From Octopus vulgaris (taxonomy: Eukaryota): a stretch of 64,000 nt of DNA. Shown one piece after another: positions 42,103-55,195 of this stretch. Numbering within the stretch: the stretch's first letter is position 1; each line of letters starts with the position of its first letter. The notes beneath the pieces were generated by a model. The model had not been told where the DNA came from and ran no database searches. It saw nothing but the letters and a program-made list of their open reading frames with translations. Where the stretch lies: positions 9,362,001 through 9,426,000 of the forward strand of contig OX597837.1 in the NCBI GenBank assembly GCA_951406725.2, read 5' to 3'. The translations under genes were made by a program, and so were the position numbers.

Positions 42103-42931
42103 ATATATATATATATATATATATATACATGCTCTCCCGAAAATGTAGTAGGTGAGTTGAACAGTGTTTGCTGATCTTAATGCTGCATTTCCTGCTGATG
42201 TTGATGAGGTTGGTGAGGACGATGATGACCATGACAATGCCGATGATTATGATGACGATTATGATGATGGTGAGGACAATGATGCTGACGATGAAAATGA
42301 CTATGATGATGATGATGATTAGGATGATGATTAAGATGGTGTCAATCAAGATGATGACGGAGTAAGGCGATGAAATCAATGATAATGAAAAGGAAAAAAA
42401 ATTGGAAGGAAGAGTGAGAGAAAGAGAGAGAAAGAGAGAGACAGAGAGAGACAGAGAAAGGGAGAGACTGGGAAGTCGTTAATGATGAGGAAAAGATAAA
42501 GTGAAGAAGAAACACGTGTAGGAGGAAAGGAAAAGGAAGAGAGGAAATAGGGGAAAAAAGGAGGAAGTAGAAGGAAAAGGAAGAGACGGGACGAAGAGAA
42601 CAACAAGAACAGCAACAACAAAGATTATTAACAAGAAGAGCGGTAACACAACGGCAATTAACGACAACAACAACAAAATATCAATAAATATAGTAATATC
42701 AAAAAATATAATGACAAAATAATTCAGCAGCAGCGGTGGCACCGGTAGCAGCAGCAGCAGAACAAAGAGCAATGACAACAACATTAACAACAACAACAGC
42801 AAAGACAACAAATCCAATAAACTAACACAATGGAGAAAAAAAAACTATAATTCATCAAATGTTATCTCCATTTAAAGAAAGTATTTATTTCATTTTCGTC
42901 TTGTAGTTTTTCGGAATCCTTTATTGATGCG

Positions 42932-42977
<46 letters not shown>

Positions 42978-43051
42978 TGTGTTTGTGTGTGTGCGTGTGA
43001 GTGTGTGTGTATGTATGTGTGTATGTATGTGTGTATATATATATGTAAATA

Positions 43052-43100
<49 letters not shown>

Positions 43101-43234
43101 GTATTAGTATATGTGTGTATTTATATATGTATATATATATACATTTGTGTATACATATATATATATGTAAACAATAGATGTATATATATATATATATATA
43201 CATAATATATATAGAGATACATAGATAGATAGAA

Positions 43235-43275
<41 letters not shown>

Positions 43276-43347
43276 TATATATTGAATATTTGTTCATATG
43301 TGAATATATATATATATATATGTAGATATACATACATTCAAATGTGC

Positions 43348-43389
<42 letters not shown>

Positions 43390-43492
43390 ACGCACAGTTG
43401 CACAACACACATATATACATAACTATATAAATTCAAGCTTATTAATGAAAAACAATGAAAAGTAACTTTGTGTATGTGTGTATGTATGTATG

Positions 43493-43556
<64 letters not shown>

Positions 43557-43905
43557 CATTTATTTTTTATAGTTTTACTAGCGGTAATATATTTTTTTAT
43601 GAATTTCTCAAATTTTTGTCTCTTTCTCTTTACGGTTGTTGTTGTCTTCGTCTTCATCCCGCTGTCCTTCAGCTCTTCCTCCTACTACTTCTCCACAACT
43701 TCTACATCGTCATCTCCTTTCACATTGTCCTCTTTCAAATTTGAGAGAATTTTTATATATATTTATAATTGTTATTCTTTTTTCTTTTTTAAACTCCTTT
43801 TATATATATATATACATCTCATGTATACATATACATATGTTCATATATATTGAACATATAAAATATATATTGTATATAGATATAAATATATATATATGCA
43901 TATAT

Positions 43906-43936
<31 letters not shown>

Positions 43937-44065
43937 GGATATTAATATACATATATACAACTATATATTATGTATATATATGTATATATATATATATATG
44001 TATATATAAAGGATGTGTGTGGATGAGAGACTACTGCAAAACGTACAAGGATAAATATTTTTGTG

Positions 44066-44139
<74 letters not shown>

Positions 44140-44604
44140 TACATATGTATATATATATACATGTATATACATATATGTATATGTGTATGTATATATATGT
44201 ATGTATATATATATGTATGCATATACGTGTGTGTATATGTATTTATTCCATTTCTATTGTTCTTATTTCGCTCTCTATATTTATCTTTCATTTCATCTTT
44301 TTTATAATTATATATCTCCTATTTATTTTGCTATTATCATTTTTCTTCCCGATATTTCCATTTCTTTTCGTTTTTTCTTTATATTCATAAGAGATATTTT
44401 TCATGTTCTTTTCTTTATTTTTTTAATAAATTACAATTTTTTTTTTCAAATTTTTCAATTTTTTTTCTTCTACTTCATATATATATATATATTTTTTATA
44501 TTTTACCTGTCTTACTTTATAAATTCTTAAATTTTATTTTTATATCTTTTTCCACCTCTTTTCGCTCCTTCCTTTTTCTTCTAACTCATATTGTTCTCAT
44601 ATCT

Positions 44605-44636
<32 letters not shown>

Positions 44637-45133
44637 TGTAGTGTTGTTGTTGTAGTAGCAGTCTTTTTTTTTTATTTTTGCCACTGCTTATTTTCGATGT
44701 TTTTTTTTCTCGATATTTTCTTATCGGTTTTCTCATAGAATTTGGATATGTTTTTCCTTGTTTCATTCCGTTTATATTTTCTTTTTTTTTTTTTGTAAAT
44801 TTAGTCTTAAATTTTGATTTTTAAGATTGCTACCTTTTTTTTAAGCGAGCGCGCGTGTGTGCACATGAGATGGCTAAGTGTGTGTGTATATACGTAAATA
44901 TTTTTATATCTACATATATGTGAGTATATATATGTATGTATGTATATGTATGTATGTGTGTATGTGTGACGTTTGATGATCGTCACTATAAATGGATGTA
45001 TGTTTGTGTGTAAATATACAATCTATATATTATGTATATGCATGTATAAAAATACATAAATATACACATGCTCACAAACACATCAAACCCCCCCCCCATA
45101 TATATATATATATGTTTTTGTGTGTATGTATAT

Positions 45134-45189
<56 letters not shown>

Positions 45190-45601
45190 TTTTGTGTGTA
45201 TGTATATATGTTTATATATATATATATATAGATATATATATATATATATATATATATTTATTTATATGTACATGCGGAGTCGTGTAGTCTGATGTGTAGA
45301 TGTGTGTGTGTCTGTGCGTGTGTCTGTGCGTGTGTGTGTGTGTATGTGAGTATCTGATGGATTCGATGCCGTGATTTATTGTAGCTTCCATCTTATCACC
45401 AGAAACATTCAGGTGAATCTTGGAGGTTCCTTCCACACAGCGTATGTGATATATTAATCTCTAACACTTCTGATATCGCTATTACTGGAAATCCTACGGA
45501 ACACACACAATCATACACGTTCGTGTGCTACTATCCAAATCTCTGTCTCACTCTCTCTCTCTCTCTCTCTCAATCTCTCTCTCTCTGTATATATATATTT
45601 A

Positions 45602-45645
<44 letters not shown>

Positions 45646-45702
45646 CATATATATATATGTATGTATTCATTCATATATATATATATATATATATATATAA
45701 AC

Positions 45703-45777
<75 letters not shown>

Positions 45778-45786
45778 TATAGGTAC

Positions 45787-46080
45787 AAGAGTTACGGAAT
45801 GGAGTAGATAAGATCCGGACTGCATATATTTCAGAGATCGGAACCTCAGAAGTTGTAAATACCCAAACGACGAAGTGTATATCGCAAGCATCTCTTCTGG
45901 CCATTTATTAATATGTAATTTTTTTGCCACAGTGTAAACATTCATTTAATCTTGATATCCTTGGCTCGAAGAATAGCCTGCGGTCGTACATGCCCCGCTT
46001 GGGTATTTGCCACTTCTGAGGTTCCTCTTCCTAAGAATTATATGTAGTGCTGATCTTCTCTACTTCATTCGGTAATTCTT
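45787..46080. repeat. Diverged inverted repeat, ~115-bp arms, ~58-bp loop
   Basis: ggaacctcagaagttgtaaatacccaa / ttgggtatttgccacttctgaggttcc plus flanking imperfect pairing. Confidence 0.8.
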
Positions 46081-46308
46081 CTATTCTTCTTCGCACCCCC
46101 GGTAAGCCTGGTCGCCTAACGTGAAATACAAAGAGAACTTTTTTCACAATATTGTAATTCGATACGAAAAAGAACCCAACCTTCCCTCTCAATGAACCAA
46201 TATTGTCCCTAAAATCTGGGTTTTTTTTTATATTTACTACGGATTACGGATTGATGGATCGCTTGAAGCCAACTTTTTTCCTATACTTCGATCCGTTCGA
46301 TCCCTGGG

Positions 46309-46374
<66 letters not shown>

Positions 46375-46376
<2 letters not shown>

Positions 46377-46625
46377 TCAAAATAAGCAACAAGAATGACT
46401 CCGGTTGTTTGGTACAATCGTTTCGTACTACATCATTTTATTAAATGTTGTAAGTATTACAACAAATTTAAGATGCTGAGCACTCATCAGCCAATTATAG
46501 AGGTTTTCCATTAATACAAAAGTTTTCAAATCAAGTGGCAACATTATAGAGAAGGTAGATATACAGACAAAGATGTAGATTTAAATTTTAAGAACATATG
46601 AGGTAGTGAAGTCCTTCCACTGACT
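46375..46625 (-). mobile_element. ~250-bp (TA)n-flanked element carrying a hammerhead
   Basis: Unique block bounded by TA-rich microsatellite on both sides; contains the motif at 46409-46494. Confidence 0.6.
46409..46494 (-). ncRNA. Type I hammerhead ribozyme, canonical core, long stem II
   Basis: Minus strand: ttgg-CUGAUGA-gtgct...(ttaaat-ttgttgtaa-tac-ttacaacatttaa)...agtac-GAAA-cgattg-UA-ccaa. Confidence 0.8.
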
Positions 46626-46673
46626 ATATATATATGTAAGTATGTATATATACATATGTATATATATACGTAC

Positions 46674-46717
<44 letters not shown>

Positions 46718-46748
46718 AACCTTTACATAAATAAATAACGTGAAATAT

Positions 46749-47460
46749 AGGTAGGTAGGTAGGTAGGTAGGTAGGCAGGCAGGTATGTAGGTGTGTAGGT
46801 TTCTAGGTAGGTAAGTTGGTAGGTAGGTAGGTAGGTAGGTAGGTAAGTAGGCAGGCAGGCAGGTAGGTAGGCAGGTAGGTAGGTAGGCAGGCAGGCAGGT
46901 AGGTAGGTAGGTAGGTAGGTAGGTAGGTAGGTAGGTAGGTAGGTAGGTAGGTTGGTAGGTAGGGGTGCTGGAAAGTTGCTGGATTTAAGGGTATCGCAAA
47001 AGACCTTGTTGGCGGCCCAAACTTCCGAATTCTTTCACGGGATTTAGAAAAGCTGCGGTAAGTGTCTAAATCTGAGAAGGGAATATGTTAAATAAAATCA
47101 TAATTAATTGATCCTCCAGTATTTTCTTTTACCCAAAGCCATCAACTTTTCAGCATGCCAACCCTGTGAATAAGTCGGTGGGTTGGCAGGTAGGTGGGTA
47201 GGTAGGTAGGGTGAGATATAGGTAGTTAAGTGGGTAGGTAGGTGGATAGGTAGATATATATGTATGTAAGTAGGTAGGTAAGCAGATAGATAGGTAGGTA
47301 GGTAATTAGGTATGTAGGTAGGTAGTTAAGTGGGTAGGTAGGTGGGTAGGTAGGTAGGTAGGTAGGTGGATAGGTAATTATGTAGGTAGGTAGGTAGGTA
47401 GGTAGGTAGGTAGCTGGGTAGAAAGCTATATCAGTAAGCAGGTAGGCAATTAGATATGTA
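46749..47460. repeat. (GGTA)n microsatellite region
   Basis: Direct inspection; interrupted at 46961-47165. Confidence 0.9.
46961..47165 (+). mobile_element. mariner-derived MITE
   Basis: Imperfect TIRs ggggtgctggaaagtt / aacttttcagcatgcc; retains the transposase C-terminal remnant aagtgtctaaatctgagaagggaatatgttaaataa (KC..L.GEYV.*). Confidence 0.6.
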
Positions 47461-47859
47461 GGTAGAAAGCTAGTTAGAATACATGTAGGTCGATAAATTT
47501 GGAGTGTAGCTACACTGGATTGATAGACAAATAGCGATTTGAATAGAAAAAATTCACCATTGCACCTGTCTCACCTGTTGCTCAGGTACTCAAAACCACA
47601 CTCCAGTAACAAAGCAAAAATGGAATGAAGACCGGATATACAGAGGGAAAAAACTAACAGATGGTGCAGTGTAAAACAGTGCGCATGCCCCGGAGCCATA
47701 AGTTTGCGTCTCATTGGAAAATGCAGAAAAGCATCGACTTTTATCGAATTTTCAACGACTCTTCAAATTGATTTAAGTAAAGTAAGAGGTCAGGACGTAA
47801 CGTTCATTCACCGATGGTTTCGCAATACGGCATGTATAAATACATACATACACACACAC

Positions 47860-47913
<54 letters not shown>

Positions 47914-48080
47914 CGGTTTTTGTTTGAGTGTGTTTATATATAAGTCTGTGTTTGTATATGATGCATATACTAATACACACACATGTATAAATATATCACA
48001 TATGCGTTCATATATATATGAGTATATGCATATGCATGTATCGTGGTGTATATACACACACATATATATATACATATATA

Positions 48081-48122
<42 letters not shown>

Positions 48123-48301
48123 GCGTGTATGCACATATATATGTGCGTATGTATATATGTATATATGCATAAAGTTATACATTTGTGTATAAATATGTGT
48201 ATGTGTGCATATATATAAATATATATACAAGCAAACACAAACTTTCATACAGATATATGTAAATGTATATAATGTATATATATATGCATATATATGTATA
48301 G

Positions 48302-48332
<31 letters not shown>

Positions 48333-48788
48333 CATATACACACATATATATATATATGTATGTATGTATGTATATATATGAGAGAGAGAGAGAGGGGTGG
48401 GGGAGAATGGTATGTATGCTTCAATGTATGTTTATGAACAAGTAGATATACACGTCTTCATTCCTATACACATGGCGATTGTCTTAACCTTGACGCTGCC
48501 AATATATTGGAAAACATACACGTCACTTTCATTTGCATATTAGCGTATCAATAAAGTTTTATTCTTTATAACAAGCATGGAATTCTTGTGTATAAATGTG
48601 TATGTATATATGAATAGATCTTTATCAATATGTGTGAGTGTGCATAGGATTTCGATACGTTTATATTGGTAAACACCCTCTCATAATCACATATATGTAG
48701 ACACCGCCAGAGTTGAACTGTACCTTCTATTGATGTTGCCTCTTATTTCCATTCTATTCATTTGCTGTCCTGTTTTCTCTACGAGCAC

Positions 48789-48852
<64 letters not shown>

Positions 48853-49104
48853 CATATATATACATATATATACATATATATATGTATATATGTTTATATA
48901 TATATATATATAAATATATATATATCATCATCATCATCATCATCGTTTAACGTCTGCTTTCCATGCTAGCATGGGTGGGACGATTTTACTGAGGACTGTC
49001 GAACCAGATGACTGTACCAGGCTCCAATCTTGATCTGGCAGAGTTTCTACAGTTGGATGCCCTTCCTAAAGGGCATAGATATACATATAAACATGCATAC
49101 ATAC

Positions 49105-49144
<40 letters not shown>

Positions 49145-49146
<2 letters not shown>

Positions 49147-49848
49147 ACGAACAAGGACTGTCAAATGGATTATGTCGATTATATCGACTCCAGTGAGTAA
49201 CTGGTACTTAATTTATCGACCCCGAAAGGATGAAAGACAAAGTTGACCTCGGCGGAATTTGAACTCAGAACGTAACGGCAGACGAAATACGGCTACGCAT
49301 TCCGCCCGGCGTGCTAACGTTTCTGCAAGTTCGCCGCCTTATTATGTATTTACCATGTATCTTTCTTAGAAACCAACTTCCTTCTCACGGGAAAACTTCA
49401 AAACATATATAAACACATGTCAGTGTCCCAGATTAACCAACTTCACGGCAGGAGGTGCAGATGAGGGCAGCTGCATCGAACTCTCTCATGCACCAAATGG
49501 CAATTGCTAAAAAGCATTCGTGAAGTAAAATCATGTAGCAACACCAAATGTCAGTGCCCCAGCATGGCCACAGCTCGTGAGCTGAAACTAGATAAAATAA
49601 AAATAAGATATAAAAAAACTATACAAATGCCTATTTCTTTATTATCCACAAGGGGCTAAACATAGAAGGGACAAACAAAGACAGACATAGGTATTAAGTC
49701 GATTACATCATCCCCAGTGCGTAACTGGTACTTAATTTATCGACCCCGAAAGGATGAAAGGCAAAGTCGACCTCGGCGGAACTCAGAACGTAACGACAGA
49801 TGAAATACGCCTACGCATTTCGCCCGGCTTACTAACGTTTCTGCCATC
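49145..49848 (-). mobile_element. Two SINE family B copies (49145-49340, 49628-49848)
   Basis: Family B core and head. Confidence 0.85.
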
Positions 49849-50264
49849 GGCAGGTAGTATTAGCTTGACGGCCATAGCAAAGGTGTGCCGGAAGTAGAAT
49901 GTATTCCTGTCTTTACAATTAATAACACTGGTGGAACATTCTGATATAATAAGCACCCATTGGATGCATTTATACAGACATCGACCGCTCTGTGGATGTC
50001 AATGCTCTTGATAGAATTGGTGAAAAGGATAACATGAAAGAAAATTTAAGGAGAAAAGTGCTGCTCTTCGATCTAAGTTATAAATTTTCATTTGTCCTTA
50101 TTCTCATAAGTGGGCCGGGCTGCTTAAATTCATCTGCATATAAAACAAAAATGTATTTGTATTTCCTCCAAATATTTTCCTTGTATAAGGAAAATATGAA
50201 TAATATTCCAGGCATTTCCATTTTAGTGTTTCCAGGACAAACATATTCAGAGAATCAGAAACAT

Positions 50265-50509
50265 ATACTCTTTTTACTCTTTTACTTGTTTCAGTCATCT
50301 GACTGTGGCCATGCTGGAGCACCGCCTCTAGTCAAGCCAATCGACCCCAGGAATTATTCTTTGTAAGCCTAGCACTTATTCTATCGGTCTCTTTTGCCGA
50401 ACTGCTAAGTGACAGGGATGTAATCAAATGAGCATCGGTTGTCAAGCGATGTTGGGAAGACAAACACAGACATACTAACATACACACAGACATACATACA
50501 TATATATAT

Positions 50510-50558
<49 letters not shown>

Positions 50559-50712
50559 CATATACATATACATATATACGACGGGCTTCTTTCAGTTTCC
50601 GTCTACCAAAACCACTCACAAGGCTTTGGTCGGCCCGAGGCTATAGTAGAAGACGCTTGCTCAAGGCGCCACGCAGCGGGACTGAGACCGGAACCATGTG
50701 GTTGGTAAGCAA
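50265..50712 (-). mobile_element. SINE family A, near full length
   Basis: Tail, internal microsatellite, core, B-box. Confidence 0.88.
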
Positions 50713-50716
50713 ATAA

Positions 50717-51103
50717 GATAAAGTGATAGTATGTTGTCAATTTTATCTGACAGTCCCATGAAAGGGAAGAATGCTACTATTATTTGATGCCTCTCCTTCT
50801 CTGCCTGCACCTCAGGGATGGATTGACCCTATACATTCCGCATGCACACATCTTCCGTGAAAGTGGAATGCTCGATGCGTTCAGTGGAAACGAAAATCCA
50901 ACGTGTGCGCTACACGTCTGTACTCTAGGCACAACAGCAGGTGAAACACATTTCTGGTGTCCTTATGTTTTCAAAGTGGAAACAATAAGGACACAGCAAA
51001 CGTGCCAAGTTCAACAGGAAATGGTGCTTCCTAGGGCTAAATAACAGTAGCATTCTTCCCTTTCATGGGTCACATAAAGTTGACAACATACTCTCACTTT
51101 ATC
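50717..51103. repeat. Inverted repeat or possible MITE, ~65-bp arms (50717-50785 / 51039-51103)
   Basis: cccatgaaagggaagaatgctact / agtagcattcttccctttcatggg; no clear TSD. Confidence 0.8.
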
Positions 51104-51204
51104 GTGCTGCTACTATATAAATCTTTGTGAGAAAGAAATATATTATTTTATATATATGTAAATAAATATGTATTACTTTATAAATATGAATTATATATAT
51201 ATAT

Positions 51205-51390
51205 AGGGAGAGTTTACGAAAAAAATACAAAAGACGAAGACAGGTGGTGTACAAAAGAAACAGATGTATTAGTATAACGCTCAGGAAGAGAAAAGGTCTT
51301 TCACGTTTCGAGCTTACGCTCTTCTACAGAAAGGGACACAGAAAAAACAAGGAGAGAAAAATATGTGTGTAGTGGCTAACGATCTATCAG
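51205..51390 (-). mobile_element. Family D element
   Basis: Minus strand: cttt-CUGUAGA-a-gagc(gtaa)gctc-GAAA-cg-UG-aaag; TA-flanked. Confidence 0.78.
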
Positions 51391-52696
51391 TCTATATATA
51401 TATATATATTCACACATAAGAAGATTAAAACAAGCGCACCTCTTACACACACATACATATATACAATGCACACATTCGTCAGAAGTAAACGACGTACACA
51501 TCTAATACACTGAAACCAATGCAGATATATTCGCATGTACACGTATATGCAGACTCTTACAAATTCAGATAATTACATTACATATCAGCAAAGTTCTCTT
51601 GAGTTAGACTAAAGAACCTTGTCACTTTGTTAGTCACCGGCTTCGGTTCTACAAAGTAAAAATTAAAGAAAAATCATACTGTGCACAAAAAAATTTTCCT
51701 TTCTCTCAAATTCATTATCTGTGTGTATGTGAGTGTATACGTGTGTGTGTGTGTATGCATGTGTCTATCTCTATGTATGTATATATATATATATATATAT
51801 ATATGCGTGTGTGTGCGTGTGTCTGTGTGTGTCTGTGTGTATGCGTGAGTGTATACGAATACACGCACATATGAGTGAATATGCATATATATATATATAC
51901 ATATATATATAATATACATATATTGTAAGTATATATAAATATATATAAGTGTATATATATATATATATATGTATGTATATATACCCTCGCACATATATAT
52001 TCATGTACCTATAGCTATACATATATACACACATGCATACATACATACATACATACATACCTACATACATACATGCATACATACATATATACATATATAC
52101 ATAAAAACATAAAAAACATACATACAAATAAACCTACCTCAATAAAAACTTCAATAAGTAATTCTGTATAGATAAATCAGTAAAAGAAAAAAGTATGGAA
52201 GATTGGATACACAATAATAAAACAGATATAAAATTCAAAGTTTTTTCTTTTCTCTACAGTATACACAGGATATATACTTGAGACAGATGATGTCTGTCAA
52301 AGATTCCTGTCTACCATACTTCCTGTCTCTTGTTTATCTGATAAAATTTTTTATCCTTCCTTGTTTGTGTTCGTTTGTTTTTCGAAAGTTGTTCTCAATG
52401 TGTTTGTTGTGTGTGTTGTGGTTTTGCCACAGTCTCTATCTGTGAGTGTGTGTGTATTTGCGTATGTATGTTGGCATTCGTGTGTGTGTGCGTGTGTGTG
52501 TGTATTCTTGTCAGTAAGACAAAGGTTTTCTCCCGTGCGTCTGTCTCTGTAGGTGTGTTCTGATGTGTACTCTTAGGTTTGAGTACGTGAGAATATATAT
52601 GAAAGTTTAAACATGTATATGTGTGTGTGTATGTATGTATGTATACATATATATATAGGTATGTGTATATGTATATATATGTTCGTAAATGCCTAT

Positions 52697-52812
<116 letters not shown>

Positions 52813-53497
52813 TATGCATATATATATATATGTATACATATATATATGTATATATATATATATGGATACATACATAGATACATATACATACATATTTCTA
52901 TATGTATGTATAAATATATGTGTAACTATATCTATACATATTATATATGCATACACATATATGTGTATGTAAGTATTGATGCCTCGGTGTGTGTACATTT
53001 TATATACTTCAAAATGTGTGTGCTCGTGTGTGGCTGTATAAGTGCTTGTATAAACCGTTTCATACATGCCTCTGTTTCTCTTTATGTGTCTCTGCACACA
53101 TGCACGGTATACGAGTATGGCTGCCTTTCAATTACTTGAGCATACCGCTAAGTATGTACACATGCATGGGTCTCTACGTTTGCATCTTCAGTCTTTTTTT
53201 GCTATTTTTTACAAGTACTGATATCGTAGCATCGATATCTATGGGCTTGTTTTTGTCGTATACAAACGGTGTCTTATACACACGCGCGCACACACACACT
53301 CGTACACACACACACATACGTATGGTGTACAAATCTATGTGTCACTGTGTATTGCTGTGAGAGTGGAAGTTTGTTTTGTTTTGCTTCTTACATGTGGCAT
53401 GTCTGCATGCATGTGCGTGTATGTGTATGTATATATGTGTATGTATATATTTGTATGTATATATATATATATATGTATGTATGTATGCGTGTGTGTG

Positions 53498-53534
<37 letters not shown>

Positions 53535-53538
<4 letters not shown>

Positions 53539-54472
53539 CAACAATTCAGGGTAAAATTAAATAATTATTAATCAATTTCACCAAGTATTCAGTATGTAAA
53601 GGGACCATTTAAGGCGAATTCAAAATATTACATTTTATAAAGGGCTTAGTAAAATAAATTACTTTGCCACATACTGAACTCATTAGAAATAGCAGCCAAA
53701 AAAAATTTTTTTAGCCATTTCTAATACTTAAAGAAAATTCTCTCAGATAGTGTTTACTCAAAATAGCCCACGAAGGTATGGGGGTAAAAACATTAAAAAA
53801 ATCACAAGTGCAAAGATTATTTGAGAACGTACGTTTCTGCTATTTCTAATGAGTTCAGTATGTGGCAAAGTAATTTATTTTACTAAGCCCTTTATAAAAT
53901 GTAATATTTTGAATTCGCCTTAAATGGTCCCTTTACATACTGAATACTTGGTGAAATTGATTAATAATTAATTAATTTTACCCTCAATTGTTGAAATTAT
54001 AATTCATTTCTCTCTGTTTAATGCTTCGGTTTTCACCGATAAAACATGGTGTTTGCTAGTTTAGCCCACGTGGGTGGAAAGGGAGGGCAGAAATTCTTCG
54101 CTTGCATATTTTGAATTTGTTGGCACTGTTAGTCTGAACGGATCTTCGGAGGTGAAAAGTTGCCAAAAGGGTATGCTCCTACTTTCAGTGTTTACAAATC
54201 CGAATTAAGAAATTTTGAGCTGACGAAAGAAATGTCGAATTGTATTTGGCTAATCTAGAAACGTACGTTCTCAAATAATCTTTGCACTTGTGATTTTTTT
54301 AATGTTTTTACCCCCATACCTTCGTGGGTTATTTTGAGTAAACACTATCTGAGAGAAATTTTCTTTAAATATTAGAAATGGCCAAAAAAAATTTTTGGGG
54401 GCTGCTATTTCTAATGATTTCAGTATGTGGCAAAGTAATTTATTTTACTAAGCCCTTTATAAAATGTAATAT
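53535..54472. mobile_element. 565-bp hammerhead element: inverted arm 53535-53838 plus a 1.1-monomer forward arm 53837-54472, in (TA)n
   Basis: ctgctatttctaatga repeats at 53837 and 54402 (period 565); the left arm is the reverse complement of sequence spanning the monomer junction. Confidence 0.88.
54214..54275 (+). ncRNA. Type I hammerhead ribozyme
   Basis: tttgag-CUGACGA-(aga..gtcgaa/tttggc..tct)-GAAA-cgtacg-UU-ctcaaa; palindromic stem III ACGUACGU; cleavage predicted after 54269; stem II imperfect. Confidence 0.75.
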
Positions 54473-54604
54473 ATATATATGCGTGTGTATATATATATAT
54501 ATATATACACATATGTGTGGACGAAAGAGAAAGAGAGACAATGTGAGAAAAAGATAGATAGATAGATAGAGCACATCGACCTGTGTTAATTATTCTACTA
54601 GTTT

Positions 54605-54770
54605 CTTATACGACGGGCTTTCTCCAGTTTCCGTCAACCCATTCCACTCAAAAGGATTTGGTTGGTGTGAAACAATAGTAGAAGACAGATGCCCAAAGTG
54701 CCATGCAGTGGGACTGAACCGGGAACCATGTGGTTGGTAAGTGACTTACTTACCACACAGCCACTCCTGC
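54605..54770 (-). mobile_element. SINE family A head half
   Basis: Reverse complement gcaggagtggctgtgtggtaag head. Confidence 0.8.
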
Positions 54771-54887
54771 AAACAAGCCAGTAGTCAATTGTTTATTTAT
54801 AAATCTAGCTTCACACCGGAATATAGATGTTATTAGAAAATTACTATTTGTAAAACTCACAACGAGAGATATTCAGCAATAGTACTT

Positions 54888-55195
54888 TGGAGTAAAGATT
54901 ATTTGCCAAGATAACATGGCTGTCCTGATTTAGGACGAATGTTGCTGTACTTTAGCCGAAGAAGACGATCTACGCCCTTATATTTTCGAACAAGGAAATC
55001 TAGCACCCCCACTCAGCTCAAAACAATATTTGTGTATACACAGATATTGTTTTGAGCTGAGTGAGGGTGGTAGTTTCCCTTGTTCGAAAATGCAAGGACA
55101 CAGATCGTGTCGTATGACCAGCTGGGGCTAAATTACCGCAACATTTGTCCTAAACCAGGACAGCCATGTTATGTTGGCAAATAATCTTTACTCCA
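54888..55195. repeat. Spacerless ~308-bp diverged palindrome
   Basis: Centre tgtgta|tacaca at 55036/55037; tggagtaaagattatttgccaa / ttggcaaataatctttactcca at the ends. Confidence 0.9.
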
